A stretch of DNA of 64,000 nucleotides from Myxococcota bacterium. GTDB taxonomy: Bacteria; Myxococcota_A; SURF-8. Positions 26,941-39,826 of this stretch are shown in pieces. Every line of letters begins with the position of its first letter. The stretch's first letter is position 1. Both the position numbers and the translations under genes were made by a program. The stretch is from contig OZ223209.1 of assembly GCA_965140415.1 (NCBI GenBank), positions 3,488,001 to 3,552,000 of the forward strand, given 5' to 3'. The notes beneath the pieces are model-generated. The model was given only the letters and a program-made list of their open reading frames with translations, made no database searches and was not told the DNA's origin.

Positions 26941-29563
26941 TCCTACGCTCCTTCGCACTGAAATTCTTGATTTTTTCGATAGTCTGTTTTTCTGAACTCT
27001 GTATTTTCTTAGGAGTTGCGAATTGAACTCCCGTTTTCTCAATGATCACGCTGGACAGCTGCGCTTCGGTAAAATCGAACAACGCACAAAGGAATTCGCT
27101 GGGTTTCATTGCTCGCACCTGATCCATTGCGAAATCGGCGGACAAAACGCCTTCCGATTCCAATCGCAAAGCAGAAACCAACAGCTTGGCATCCAGTTGA
27201 TGCGTTCCTTTTTTGGTGCTGCGAAGCACCGGAATACTCTCGGCATTGTTGAAATCAAGCAACGCCTGCTCGACACGCTCAGCCGCACAAACACGACTTA
27301 AATCGAAGCAATAGCGATACGAAGCAATGCTTTCTGACAAGGATCTCGTTTGTGACGAAATTTGCCTTGCATCGACAATCGAAATCCCCAATGGCAGATT
27401 TCGATTCAAGCGTTCGACAAGCACCGAAACGGGCATGGCGTCGAGCAATTCTGCATCGAAATATTCCGCTTTGGAGGCTACTCCCAAAGGAAGCGCCTGG
27501 CTGAATCCGATACAGGGCTTGGGCCTGAAACCTTCCGAATACTTGACAGGCACTGCGGCGCGTCTAAACGCACGCGCCACCTGATTCATCACATCCAAGT
27601 GTCCTAAAAAGACAGCATAGCCCTGTTTGTGATACTGAAACCGCACCACCCGAACACCGTTCGGACTGGCAAAAGAATGCATCTCTGCGTTTTTTACCGC
27701 TGCGGTTTCGACATGTTTGAATTTGAGCGACGAATCACCCTCGGGAGCAAACACGCGGCGCTCAATCCGGTCGTGATCGCAAATTCCGCAAAGCTGGCAA
27801 AGATCGTACGCACAATCCGGGCGAGCCTGTTCACCAAGCGCCTGCTGATATTCTTCCCATAAATACTCGGGAGTCACACCATAATCGATGCACACCCACG
27901 GTAACACATCCGATTCATTGAATTCCCGCTCGGCATAGGCATTAATATCGAAATCGAATTCGGCAAAGCTTTCGCGCCAGCGTTCGATATCCAACTGGTC
28001 CGTCCAGGCGTCGAAACGTGCACCTTTTCGGAAAGCCGCTTCGATTACACGCCCCAACCGACGATCCCCGCGTGCCAGGGCACCTTCCAGAACCGTGGCA
28101 TCGGAATGATGGTACTTGAACCCGATGCGATAGGCTTTGAGTTGATCGCGTAACATCATCTGACGACGACGGATTTCCTTTTCCGGCAACATGTTTGCCC
28201 ATTGGAAAGGTGTATGCGCCTTGGGAACAAAACTGCTAACGGAAACCGTCACCTGGGCGGATTTCGCGTAGGTTCGACCTATCTGACGCGCTTTCTTGGC
28301 CAATTCGGCAATCGCCAGCACATCGTCATCCGTTTCGGTCGGCAATCCAATCATGAAGTATAGCTTCACCTGCCGCCAGCCGTTTTCAAAGACGGTCTTC
28401 AGGCTATCCAGCAGGTCTTCCTCGGTATTGCCTTTGTTGATGATCCGGCGCATGCGCTCGGTCGCCGCTTCCGGTGCGAGCGTGAATCCCGTCTTATTTT
28501 CACGATTCAGACAATCGACCAACTCTTCCGTGATCGCTTCCACCCGCAAAGAAGGCATATTGATCGACACCCGATTGTGGCTATGCTCTTCAAATAACTG
28601 CGTGACTAACGGCGACAGGTATCGGTAGTCACCTGCTGAAAGCGAAAGCAAGCCCAGCGTTTCCTGCCCGGAACAGGCCAGCCCGTCACGTGCAAGTTGT
28701 TGAATGCGCTCAGGACTTCGCTGGCGTACGGGCCGATAAGTAAATCCGGCCTGACAAAAACGGCAACCACGCGTACAGCCGCGCTGAATTTCAACGGCAT
28801 ACCGGTCATGCACCGGTTGAATGGTAGGCACCAATGGCTTTCGTATAAACGATGCTGTATCCAGATTGCCAATCGTCGCCTTACAAACACATTGCGGAGC
28901 ACCATGAAGCGCAGTGATGCTTTGCAGGCGCTTGTCGGAATCGAATTGTACCTGGTAAAGCGAAGGAACGTATACGCCTTCCAGTTGCGACAGTTTCTTC
29001 AATAATGTCGGTCGATCTAGGTTCTGACTTTTCGCTTCCATCACGCAGTCAGCTATCTGAAGAACGAGTTCTTCTCCATCACCCAAAGCGAAAGCATCGA
29101 TGAAATCAGCCACGGGTTCCGGGTTGGTCGCTGCCGGTCCACCGGCGATAATCAGTGGATGGGACGCATCGCGCTGTTCGCTTCGCAGGGGAATCCCTGC
29201 CAGATCCAGCATCGTCAAAATATTGGTCGCAGTCAGTTCATGCTGCAAGGTAAAGCCGATCAAATCGAAATCGGTCAAGGCATCTTTGGATTCCAGCGCA
29301 AACAAGGGGAGTTTGTGCTCCCGTAGTTCCGCTTCCATATCCGGCCAGGGAGAGTAGACGCGCTCTGCCCATATCCCTTCGCGATCATTCAGGATTTCAT
29401 ATAGTATTTTCAAGCCGATGTGGCTGAATGCCACTTCGTAGACATCCGGAAACGCCAATGCGACACGCAGACGCACCTGTGCGGGATCTTTGCGCACGGC
29501 ATGAACTTCACAGCCTAAATAACGGCCCGGTTTGGACACTCTTGGAAGAATTTCACGCAGCAT
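26882..29563 (-). CDS. TIGR03960-family B12-binding radical SAM protein fused to a TIGR03936 radical-SAM-linked domain
   Basis: KPGRYLG.E, LAFPD.YEV..SH.G, RGCTRGCRFCQAG, APEA, KLYFMIGLPTET, PK.HTPFQW; C-terminal F.GHLD....RA.RR..YSEGF.P.P; typical position upstream of rng. Confidence 0.92.
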   Translation of the reverse strand: MLREILPRVSKPGRYLGCEVHAVRKDPAQVRLRVALAFPDVYEVAFSHIGLKILYEILNDREGIWAERVYSPWPDMEAELREHKLPLFALESKDALTDFDLIGFTLQHELTATNILTMLDLAGIPLRSEQRDASHPLIIAGGPAATNPEPVADFIDAFALGDGEELVLQIADCVMEAKSQNLDRPTLLKKLSQLEGVYVPSLYQVQFDSDKRLQSITALHGAPQCVCKATIGNLDTASFIRKPLVPTIQPVHDRYAVEIQRGCTRGCRFCQAGFTYRPVRQRSPERIQQLARDGLACSGQETLGLLSLSAGDYRYLSPLVTQLFEEHSHNRVSINMPSLRVEAITEELVDCLNRENKTGFTLAPEAATERMRRIINKGNTEEDLLDSLKTVFENGWRQVKLYFMIGLPTETDDDVLAIAELAKKARQIGRTYAKSAQVTVSVSSFVPKAHTPFQWANMLPEKEIRRRQMMLRDQLKAYRIGFKYHHSDATVLEGALARGDRRLGRVIEAAFRKGARFDAWTDQLDIERWRESFAEFDFDINAYAEREFNESDVLPWVCIDYGVTPEYLWEEYQQALGEQARPDCAYDLCQLCGICDHDRIERRVFAPEGDSSLKFKHVETAAVKNAEMHSFASPNGVRVVRFQYHKQGYAVFLGHLDVMNQVARAFRRAAVPVKYSEGFRPKPCIGFSQALPLGVASKAEYFDAELLDAMPVSVLVERLNRNLPLGISIVDARQISSQTRSLSESIASYRYCFDLSRVCAAERVEQALLDFNNAESIPVLRSTKKGTHQLDAKLLVSALRLESEGVLSADFAMDQVRAMKPSEFLCALFDFTEAQLSSVIIEKTGVQFATPKKIQSSEKQTIEKIKNFSAKERRNGPKANRQRHSIREPGGTG

Positions 29564-29704
29564 CGGGACGCACTCCTACATCGCTTCATACACATCCGGC
29601 GGGCGAGCTTCCCCGCCTGGGGAGGCTACCTGCTTGTCCCCGGAAAGTAAACATGTATATTTAACATATGGAAGGAATAAGAACAATCAATTTCTTGAAA
29701 ATTA

Positions 29705-31858
<2,154 letters not shown>

Positions 31859-31888
31859 TCAAGGAATCAATGCACAAGTCCCGTTTTT

Positions 31889-33013
31889 TCACCCATCCCC
31901 GTCCACATCCGAGCAGCCGATACAGTCCATGTCCAGAATGGTGGCTGAACCAGCGTAAACCGTGACCGGAATAATCGCATTTTGCAAGTATTCCCCACCT
32001 GCTCGCAGGCGACAAAGCAGGCCATCTGGTGCCCACACATTTACATTGACCGGTCCGGGTTGGACATTGACGAAAGTTACATCTGAATTCTTCATATTAA
32101 TTCCTGATGTTTGTACATAATGACCATCTCTTTGCGCATAGCTTATCTCATATGGGGCATCAATACTGATGTTTGTACCATTGGCGCAATACACACCAGG
32201 AACATGTGAGAATCGAGTGGACAATAACCCTTTTGCTTCATCGGGGAGAACACCAAGCTCTAAAACCTGTGTTTCCGATAGAAACTCCCTTCTGTAGCCA
32301 GAGTAATAAAACATGTTCGTATTTTCGGTTTTCCCAGGAGTAAAGCTGGGAATTGAATTCTGAGTAGTTATTTGTAGTAAGAATTGAGAGTTCTTTGGAA
32401 CTTCAATTACTGTATAAGGGTCTATTTGTGGGTCGCTAGAGCTAGGAACAGGATATTCTTCTCCATTGTAAATGATATGCGCTGGTTGGAGATAGCTTGG
32501 AATAAAAAGCCGAGCTTCTACCTGCACCGTATCCGTTTCAATGTCTACCGTATCTTCTTCCCAATCTCCATCTTCTGATGTTTCGTTATCATTGACATCC
32601 GATTCTTCAACTTGATCGACATCATCAATCGTATCAATCACATCATCTTCTACATCAAGTTCCGGCTCATCATCCTTGTCACCATCTGGATAGATATCTC
32701 CGTCGTTAGACGAATCCTCTTCTAAATCACCGTCAATGGGTAGATCAAAATCAGGTTCTACATCCGGTTCGAGGTCAAAGCTATCATTGTCACCATCCGA
32801 GATGGTTTCTGTCTCCAACTGTTCTTGCTCAGCAATGCTGTCTCTATCCAATTCCGCATCGCCATTCGGGCTGGGATCGTCGGAGCCGGAGCAGGAAATT
32901 AAAGTAAAAAGGGAAAGGAAAAGAATGGACAGAAAAACGGCAGAAGAGGCGCGCGGAGTTGTCATTCTCTGCGCAGGTAGAGAATCCAGAGACAATACAC
33001 TTCCCGTTCTCAT
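31889..33013 (-). CDS. Predicted lipoprotein with acidic DGD-rich linker and unknown C-terminal beta-rich domain
   Basis: Lipobox-like LISC, about 115 aa Asp/Glu-rich region with several DGD; GGAGGTGGAG RBS. Confidence 0.75.
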   Translation of the reverse strand: MRTGSVLSLDSLPAQRMTTPRASSAVFLSILFLSLFTLISCSGSDDPSPNGDAELDRDSIAEQEQLETETISDGDNDSFDLEPDVEPDFDLPIDGDLEEDSSNDGDIYPDGDKDDEPELDVEDDVIDTIDDVDQVEESDVNDNETSEDGDWEEDTVDIETDTVQVEARLFIPSYLQPAHIIYNGEEYPVPSSSDPQIDPYTVIEVPKNSQFLLQITTQNSIPSFTPGKTENTNMFYYSGYRREFLSETQVLELGVLPDEAKGLLSTRFSHVPGVYCANGTNISIDAPYEISYAQRDGHYVQTSGINMKNSDVTFVNVQPGPVNVNVWAPDGLLCRLRAGGEYLQNAIIPVTVYAGSATILDMDCIGCSDVDGDG

Positions 33014-33052
33014 TTCTCCACCTCCCCAAATTGTGCAGACGAAACTCGTTTA

Positions 33053-34129
33053 TTATTCTTCCACGGCTTTTAGCACCTGGGTCTTGGTCGCACTGGAGGA
33101 CACGCGCAGTTTGTGCTTTTTGCCCAGCACCATGCCAATCACTTTGCTGCGGTTACCGACTTTGCAGCCGGAAAAGACAATCGCCTCGCTTACCTGGCTG
33201 TGCTTTCCCAACTGGCAGTTATCGCCGACAATGGCGTAAGGACCGATATGGGCCTTGTCTCCGATTTTGACATTGTGACCCACAATAAACGGCGGTTTGA
33301 ATTCGATCTCCGAGCCCAGTTCTACATTCTCCCCCAGGCAAGCCAGTTCGGAACGTTCCTTGGCCGGTTTGAGAGTGAAGTGAGCGAGCGGATCGTAGTG
33401 CCGCAACGAGATTTTACGATCGAGATAGGACATGTTAGCGGCGAAATAGGTTTCGGGGCGACCTAGATCGCTCCAAAAGCCTTCCATCAGGTAGCCCAGC
33501 ACCTTTTCGCCGTTGCGTATCATCTTGGGATAGGCATAAGCATTGATGCAGGAATTGATGTTTGGGGGAATGTATTCGAAGATTCGTGGTGACAGAATAT
33601 GCACGCCGGTAAAGACCGCCGGGGTGCGTTCGCTTTCGCGCACGTCTTCCAGCCGACCGGCGATATTGCGAATGGCAAAGTTTTCATCAACTTCCACCGC
33701 CCCGTATACCTGAATCGGAGCGTGTTGCGTCAGCACCATGGTCGCCGTTGCGCCGTGCCTGCGATGAAAGTGAATGGCGTCCTCCAAATCGCAGTCGAGC
33801 AGGATATCGGCATTCATCACCACAAAGCATTCTTCATCGGCAAAAAACGGCTCGACCAGTTTCAGTCCACCACCGGTACCCCAGAGTTCCTCTTCGTAGC
33901 TGTAGGTAATGCGAACGCCCATCACCGAGCCATCGCCCAGTTCCTGCTCGATCATGCGCGGCAGGTGGTAGAGGTTGATGACGATATCGGTAATGCCGTG
34001 ATGCTTGAGAAATTCGAGGTTGTAGCGAATGACAGGCAGGTTGACAACGGGGAACAAGGGTTTAGGACGTTGTTCCGTCAATGGCATGAGGCGTTCGCCC
34101 AGCCCGGCGGCAAGAATCATCGCTTTCAT
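33053..34129 (-). CDS. NDP-sugar synthase/nucleotidyltransferase (MurU-like) with C-terminal hexapeptide beta-helix
   Basis: MKAMILAAGLGERL.PLT..RPKPL, GTGGG, NADI, WSDLG; ATGA overlap with the upstream phosphotransferase. Confidence 0.88.
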   Translation of the reverse strand: MKAMILAAGLGERLMPLTEQRPKPLFPVVNLPVIRYNLEFLKHHGITDIVINLYHLPRMIEQELGDGSVMGVRITYSYEEELWGTGGGLKLVEPFFADEECFVVMNADILLDCDLEDAIHFHRRHGATATMVLTQHAPIQVYGAVEVDENFAIRNIAGRLEDVRESERTPAVFTGVHILSPRIFEYIPPNINSCINAYAYPKMIRNGEKVLGYLMEGFWSDLGRPETYFAANMSYLDRKISLRHYDPLAHFTLKPAKERSELACLGENVELGSEIEFKPPFIVGHNVKIGDKAHIGPYAIVGDNCQLGKHSQVSEAIVFSGCKVGNRSKVIGMVLGKKHKLRVSSSATKTQVLKAVEE

Positions 34130-35205
34130 GACACCAACCTTTCCTCGAAACGAGCGAGTAAAGCGGCTAACGGTGCAAACTCCGGCACCTGTTTCAAAGC
34201 CCAATTTACATAGGATAGGCTATCTGGGATAAAGGGCAAGAACCAATTGTTGTGTTTCACACGGTCGATAAACACAAAGCGCCCGGCATCTTTTAACTTT
34301 CGCTGGATCGTCTGCAAGTAAAAGCCCCGCAAAAACGCATCTTTGCTCTCTGCCGCAGCCTGCCCCGTTACGGTCTCAAAACGTTGCAGGTAGTAGTCGA
34401 TCAGTTCCAGTACAAGCGATGGCTCCAGCGGAATGTAGGAATCGCGCAACAACGCAACCAGATCGTACGGGCGCGGCCCGATCAGCGCATCCTGAAAATC
34501 GATCAGCACCAGCCGTTCCGGCATCACCATCAAATTGCGGCTCTGAAAGTCGCGATGCACTAACTGCTGCGGCAAGCGCTGCAACTCGTTGCAAATCTCA
34601 CTGAAATACGTCGTGATTTCATTGCGCAACTCGGTGTCGATAATAACACCATGCAACGCTTCGATGCCCCACTCCAGATAATGTTCGAACTCCCACATGA
34701 GAAGTTTGTGGTCGAAGCTGCGCGAATAGGCCACGGATTCCTTTGCATCATCCTTTAACGTTGCGGCCTGCATACTCACAAGCAAATCGATCGCTTTGCA
34801 ATACCAATCTTTTTGGGTGGCTCTGTCGGCAGCCTTCACCAAAGCATACATCTGCTGATCACCCAGATCCTCCAGCAGAATCAAACCGTTTTGGACATCG
34901 GCGAAATACAATTCGGGTACCGGCAACTGACAGCGCTGAAAATAGCGAAGCATGTTAACAAACGGGAATTCGTCCACATTGCCATGCTGACTCATGCCCT
35001 CTTCGGAACGAAACGCCGTTTCGGGTTCAAATACCATGGCAACCAGATTACGCGGCTGGGGACCATTGTCGAAGCGAATTCGGAAATATTCGCGGTTACT
35101 GGCATCGCCTGCCAGTTTATCGACAGAAAAAGCAGACGTCCGCTCTCGATGCAGATGGGTTAAATACTCCGGTAAGATTGTTGCCAACTCCATACTTTTA
35201 CTCAA
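34126..35205 (-). CDS. amgK: Aminoglycoside-phosphotransferase-fold kinase, AmgK-like anomeric MurNAc/GlcNAc kinase (start may be 35193)
   Basis: LAGDAS.R.YFR, LLEDLGD, HRDFQSRNLM, IDFQDA..GP..YDLV.LL.D, QR.LK..G.F. Confidence 0.82.
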   Translation of the reverse strand: MSKSMELATILPEYLTHLHRERTSAFSVDKLAGDASNREYFRIRFDNGPQPRNLVAMVFEPETAFRSEEGMSQHGNVDEFPFVNMLRYFQRCQLPVPELYFADVQNGLILLEDLGDQQMYALVKAADRATQKDWYCKAIDLLVSMQAATLKDDAKESVAYSRSFDHKLLMWEFEHYLEWGIEALHGVIIDTELRNEITTYFSEICNELQRLPQQLVHRDFQSRNLMVMPERLVLIDFQDALIGPRPYDLVALLRDSYIPLEPSLVLELIDYYLQRFETVTGQAAAESKDAFLRGFYLQTIQRKLKDAGRFVFIDRVKHNNWFLPFIPDSLSYVNWALKQVPEFAPLAALLARFEERLVS

Positions 35206-35381
35206 TTCACATGTCGTTTACGCCAGAAGCGGACATTCGTTTCCGAAACAGCGTTGATAAGGAGAAGAATGATTGTCGAACCAACACAAACCGCGAATCG
35301 CGCTGTGAGGCATTCAACGTTCAACCGGCCAATGCAACGACAACTGGAACAACGGGACTTGCCGGATATATCGGAGGGCAG

Positions 35382-35410
35382 AGTATAAACCCGACATGGC
35401 GGCTTGTCAA
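35382..35410 (-). promoter_or_regulatory. Sigma70 promoter for the amgK-murU-like operon
   Basis: Minus strand TTGACA-N17-TATACT. Confidence 0.75.
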
Positions 35411-35467
35411 AGGCTCGATCCAATACCGGAAGCCAGGAAAATCCCCTGCTTTTTTCTTCGTGTATAG

Positions 35468-36661
35468 TTACTTCAAACGCACGTTGGCAAAACGCCGCTT
35501 CCCACAGCGGATCAATCCGGAGAAGCCACGCGCCAGGGTCTGATCGATTGAAGCGACCTTTTCATCATCGATTTTGACCGCGCCCTGCTTGATCATGCGG
35601 CGACCTTCGCCGTTGGATTTGACAAATCCCAACTGCACAAGCAATTTAGCAATTTCAAGGGTGTCCTCTTCCAGCGCGATTTCATGATCTTCGGCTTTGA
35701 TTTCCGGCTTTCGGAAAGCCGCTTTTGCCTCTTCGAGAGCCTGTTTCCCTTTGTAGCGCACCACGAACTCTTCGGCCAATAGCACCTTGACTTCCATCGG
35801 GTTTCGACCCTGCTGAATGTCGTTTTTAAAGGCCTGGATTTCGTCCAGGCTACGCTCGGAACACAGCTCGAAATACTTCCACATCATCTCATCGGAGATC
35901 GACATCGTTTTGCCGTAAATGTCCTTGGCTTCTTCATCGACTCCAATGTAATTATTCAACGATTTCGACATCTTATTGACGCCGTCCGTACCTTCCAACA
36001 GGGGCACCGTCATTACGACCTGCGGAGACTGGCCCATCGCCTTCTGGATATCGCGCCCCACCAGCAAGTTGAAGATCTGATCGTGTCCACCTAGTTCGAC
36101 ATCGGCTTTAAGCGCCACGGAATCATAGGCTTGCACGAGCGGATACAGAAATTCATGAATCGCAATGGAGCGATTCTCCCGGTAGCGGGTGCGGAAATCG
36201 TCACGTTCCAACATGCGCGCCACGTTGTACTGAGCCGCCAGTTCGATCATCTCCTGGGCAGTCAGTTTGCTCATCCATTCGCTATTGAAACGCACTTCCG
36301 TCTTTTCTTTGTCCAAAATCTTGAAGACTTGCGCCTGGTAGGTTTCCGCATTGGCGATCACCTGCTCGCGGGTCATTTTGGGACGAGTAATCGATTTTCC
36401 GGTCGGATCGCCGATCATACTGGTGAAATCACCGATAAGAAAGATCACCTGGTGCCCGAACTGCTGAAACTGGCGCATTTTGTTCATCAAAACCGTGTGA
36501 CCGAGATGCAGATCGGGTGCGGTCGGATCGAAACCGGCCTTGATACGCAGGCTGCGCCCTTCACTGGCGGCAAGCTTCAGTTTCTGAACAAGTTCTTCCT
36601 CACTGTACAGATCGACAACACCGCGTTTCAGTTCAACCAGTTGTTCGTTGATATCACTCAT
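35468..36661 (-). CDS. tyrS: Tyrosine--tRNA ligase
   Basis: [35 protein letters not shown]-terminal S4 domain. Confidence 0.97.
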   Translation of the reverse strand: MSDINEQLVELKRGVVDLYSEEELVQKLKLAASEGRSLRIKAGFDPTAPDLHLGHTVLMNKMRQFQQFGHQVIFLIGDFTSMIGDPTGKSITRPKMTREQVIANAETYQAQVFKILDKEKTEVRFNSEWMSKLTAQEMIELAAQYNVARMLERDDFRTRYRENRSIAIHEFLYPLVQAYDSVALKADVELGGHDQIFNLLVGRDIQKAMGQSPQVVMTVPLLEGTDGVNKMSKSLNNYIGVDEEAKDIYGKTMSISDEMMWKYFELCSERSLDEIQAFKNDIQQGRNPMEVKVLLAEEFVVRYKGKQALEEAKAAFRKPEIKAEDHEIALEEDTLEIAKLLVQLGFVKSNGEGRRMIKQGAVKIDDEKVASIDQTLARGFSGLIRCGKRRFANVRLK

Positions 36662-37449
36662 CGATTCTCCTCCAATGGCGTGGAAACCCGCTGGATGGCG
36701 GTTGCTTCTCCGCTTTGCTCATCGACATCCACGATCACGCCCTGCATCCAGCAATCTTTCTTGGCCGCCTCGAAACTGACGGGACGCCCATGCAGAAAGC
36801 GCTCGATTACTTTTTCTTTTTTCATGCCGATAATCGAATCCCGAGGGCCGGTCATCCCCAAATCGGTAATGATAGCCGTACCTTTGGGTAAAATACGCTC
36901 GTCGGCAGTCTGCACGTGGGTATGCGTTCCCACAACGGCGGAAACGCGCCCATCCAAATACCAGCACAATCCAAGCTTCTCACTGGTGGCTTCCGCATGG
37001 AAATCCACCAAGCGAATCTTGATATCATCATCCAATTGCCCCAGAAGCTGGTCCGCTTTGCGGAAAGGGCAATCGATCGGATTCATGAATACCCGCCCCA
37101 TCAAATTTAGCACGGCGACTTTCACACCAGGCTTGGCCTCGTACACCAACATCCCTTTTCCCGCGCAAGGCTCGGGAAAGTTAGCCGGTCGCAACAGCAT
37201 CGGCTCATTCGGCAAGAAGCCGTATACATCCCGATGGTGCCAGATATGGTTGCCACTGGTGCCGATCTGTACACCGGCAGCCTTAAGCTTCGAAAATCGC
37301 TTGGCATCGATCCCCCTGCCGCCAGTCGCATTTTCGACATTGGCGACGACCAGATCAATCCCTTCCTCCTTAATCAAAGGAGGCAGCAAAGTGGATATGG
37401 CGTTACGACCCGCACGCCCGAACACGTCTCCGATTAACAGAATCCTCAT
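36658..37449 (-). CDS. ymdB: TIGR00282/YmdB-family metallophosphoesterase
   Basis: [43 protein letters not shown]. Confidence 0.93.
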   Translation of the reverse strand: MRILLIGDVFGRAGRNAISTLLPPLIKEEGIDLVVANVENATGGRGIDAKRFSKLKAAGVQIGTSGNHIWHHRDVYGFLPNEPMLLRPANFPEPCAGKGMLVYEAKPGVKVAVLNLMGRVFMNPIDCPFRKADQLLGQLDDDIKIRLVDFHAEATSEKLGLCWYLDGRVSAVVGTHTHVQTADERILPKGTAIITDLGMTGPRDSIIGMKKEKVIERFLHGRPVSFEAAKKDCWMQGVIVDVDEQSGEATAIQRVSTPLEENR

Positions 37450-37487
37450 GTCGCGCTTTCTAAATAATAGTGATCAATCGCACGACC

Positions 37488-39050
37488 TTAGTTTGCTACA
37501 GCAGAGGATCGTGTCTCGCGAATCACCACGACTTTGATCTGTCCCGGATATGTCAGATCGGTTTCGATCTTCTTGGCGATATCCTTGGAAAGCACTACCG
37601 CACCTTCGTCGCTAATGTGCTCGGATTCCACCATCACGCGCACTTCCCGACCGGCCTGAATGGCAAAAGACTTTTCCACGCCCTGGAACGACAACGCGAT
37701 ATCTTCCAGATCCGCCAGACGCTTCACGTAGGATTCCAGAATTTCGCGACGTGCGCCCGGACGAGCGCCGGAAAGAGCATCGGCCGCCTGCACCAGAACG
37801 GCCAGAATCGTTTCCGGTTTTTCATCTTCATGGTGAGCAGCGATGGCGTGCACGACCTTGTCGCTTTCCCCATATTTTTTCGCCAGTTGCGCTCCGATCA
37901 CGGCATGAGAACCTTCCACTTCATGCGTCACGGCCTTGCCAATATCATGCAGCAAACCAGCTCGTCGCGCCTGTTTGACAGACAATCCAAGCTCACCGGC
38001 CATCATTCCCGCAATAAAACCGACTTCGATCGAGTGCGCCCATACATTCTGACCGTAGCTCGTACGCCAGCGCAAACGCCCCAGCAGTTTGATCACTTCG
38101 GCGTGAATGCCATGGATACCCAGATCGAACGCCGCCTGCTGGCCGAAGTCCTTGATCTTGGCATCCAGATCCTTCTCGCATTTCAGCACCATTTCCTCGA
38201 TACGAGCCGGGTGAATGCGCCCATCCTCAATCAAGCCTTCCAGCGCCATACGCGCGATTTCACGACGAATGGGGTTGAAACCGGACAAGACCACCGCTTC
38301 GGGGGTATCGTCGATGATCAAATCGATTCCAGTAGCGGCTTCCAATGCACGAATATTGCGACCCTCGCGACCGATAATGCGGCCTTTCATGTCGTCATTG
38401 GGCAAACCGACAACGGAAACCGTCCGTTCGGTCACATACTCACCGGCATAACGCTGAATCGCCAGCGCCATGATATTTTTCGCTTTGGATTCAGCGGTTT
38501 CCTGAGCTTCCTCTTCCACCTGTTTGATGTATTTCGCCGCATCGAGTTTGGCTTCATCCACCATGTTATCCAACAACTGCTTCTTTGCATCATCGGCGCT
38601 TAATCCGGCGATTCTCTCCAATTCCCTGGTCTGTTCCTTAACCAGTTCCTCTACGCGCTCCTCTCTCTTTTTCAAGTTGAGTTGCTGTGCATCCTGCTTC
38701 TGTTCGCGTCCGCGCAGTTCCTCTTCTTTTCGGTCGAGGTAGTCGGTTTTCTTGCTGATATTCTCTTCTTTCTGGAAGAGATGTTTTTCCAGTTTCTTCA
38801 ACTCGCCCTGCTGCTGGCGGGCTTCTTCTTCCACCTGCTGTTTGGCCTGTAGTTGAATTTCTTTCGCTTTCAGTTCGGCTTCTTTTAGCAGGCTATGGCT
38901 TTTCTGTTCCGCTTCGCGCTGCATCGACTTAGCCAGTTCCTCCGCATTTCCGATACGGTTGGCCTGAATGCTACGCTGTAAAACGAACCCAATACCGCCC
39001 CCAATAAGCAGTGCTATTAAGCCGATCACGGAATAAATGATCGCTTCCAC
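37488..39050 (-). CDS. rny: Ribonuclease Y
   Basis: N-terminal TM, coiled coil, KH ([13 protein letters not shown]), HD (LLHDIGK), [14 protein letters not shown] start at 39050 with GGAGG RBS. Confidence 0.97.
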   Translation of the reverse strand: MEAIIYSVIGLIALLIGGGIGFVLQRSIQANRIGNAEELAKSMQREAEQKSHSLLKEAELKAKEIQLQAKQQVEEEARQQQGELKKLEKHLFQKEENISKKTDYLDRKEEELRGREQKQDAQQLNLKKREERVEELVKEQTRELERIAGLSADDAKKQLLDNMVDEAKLDAAKYIKQVEEEAQETAESKAKNIMALAIQRYAGEYVTERTVSVVGLPNDDMKGRIIGREGRNIRALEAATGIDLIIDDTPEAVVLSGFNPIRREIARMALEGLIEDGRIHPARIEEMVLKCEKDLDAKIKDFGQQAAFDLGIHGIHAEVIKLLGRLRWRTSYGQNVWAHSIEVGFIAGMMAGELGLSVKQARRAGLLHDIGKAVTHEVEGSHAVIGAQLAKKYGESDKVVHAIAAHHEDEKPETILAVLVQAADALSGARPGARREILESYVKRLADLEDIALSFQGVEKSFAIQAGREVRVMVESEHISDEGAVVLSKDIAKKIETDLTYPGQIKVVVIRETRSSAVAN

Positions 39051-39159
39051 TATGGTATTCCTCCGAGATGAGAAGTTTAATGAAACGCCACTCCATCGGT
39101 TCACCTTCATACACTAAATGAAAGTCTCCCGTGGAATAAGCGGCAACGTTGTACCACTT

Positions 39160-39361
39160 CCCCGCCAGTCGAAAGGTTTGGAATAGACGAGAATCCCTGC
39201 TGTTAAGGAATGAAGCCATCGGTGGCAAAGTCCACTGCTTTCCACACCACTGAAACCAATGGCTCATTATAAGTAACGAAAGCATATGCTTCCGAAGGTG
39301 GAATCCGTATTCCCGCTTAATCGACCGCGAGGGTCTGTATATAAACCGCCATACGGCGGGG
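39160..39361 (-). ncRNA. ssrS: 6S RNA (ends approximate)
   Basis: Conserved position directly downstream of zapA. Minus strand shows nested pairings CCCCGCC/GGCGGGG, GGTTT/AAACC, an unpaired central bubble, then CCCT/AGGG, TTAAG/CTTAA, GGAAT/ATTCC, giving a rod of about 200 nt. Confidence 0.8.
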
Positions 39362-39375
39362 TTTCCCTGCGCCCT

Positions 39376-39711
39376 TTAGGGCTTCGGGTCCAGCCGCTCG
39401 ATCTGAAGATCGACATCCTGAATCAAGCGGCTCACCTGTTCTCTGATTTCACGACGCTCCTGTTTCCACTGACGTTCTTTCTGAAAGAACTCGTCAATGA
39501 TATCCAGAGCGGCCAAAATCAGTATCTGCTCATTGGAACGCCCTCTTTGCCCCTTTTTCATAAGCGAAAGCTTCTGATCCAGGAACTCAGCCACTTCCAA
39601 TAAGTAGGATTCTTCGTAGCGACTATTGATACTATAGGTTTTCCCGGAAATCGTTAATTCCACGGGTGGCCTCGCAAAATTAGAATCAATGAATATTCCA
39701 AGTAAATCCAT
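39376..39711 (-). CDS. zapA: Cell division protein ZapA (start may be GTG 39663)
   Basis: V.LTI.GKTY.I, YL.EVA..LD.K, ILAAL.I.DE.F, C-terminal coiled coil; synteny with 6S RNA and rny. Confidence 0.85.
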   Translation of the reverse strand: MDLLGIFIDSNFARPPVELTISGKTYSINSRYEESYLLEVAEFLDQKLSLMKKGQRGRSNEQILILAALDIIDEFFQKERQWKQERREIREQVSRLIQDVDLQIERLDPKP

Positions 39712-39740
39712 TCATTTCGAATGAACATTTAATGGATCGA

Positions 39741-39770
39741 ATTATAGGCGGGGCAAGAGCAATAAGTCAA
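39741..39770 (-). promoter_or_regulatory. Sigma70 promoter for the zapA-ssrS-rny region
   Basis: Minus strand TTGACT-N18-TATAAT. Confidence 0.6.
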
Positions 39771-39826
39771 GGCAATTTTACCCATACCCACAGCGAATAT
39801 ATTAGACATCTCAACTTGATCCGAAC

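Noticed and set aside
34126-35205. Aminoglycoside resistance gene
   Set aside because: GDAS.R.Y.R and DFQDA motifs plus coupling to a nucleotidyltransferase indicate AmgK.
36131-38603. Long plus-strand ORFs of 468 and 377 aa
   Set aside because: Antisense to tyrS, ymdB and rny; no recognisable motifs.
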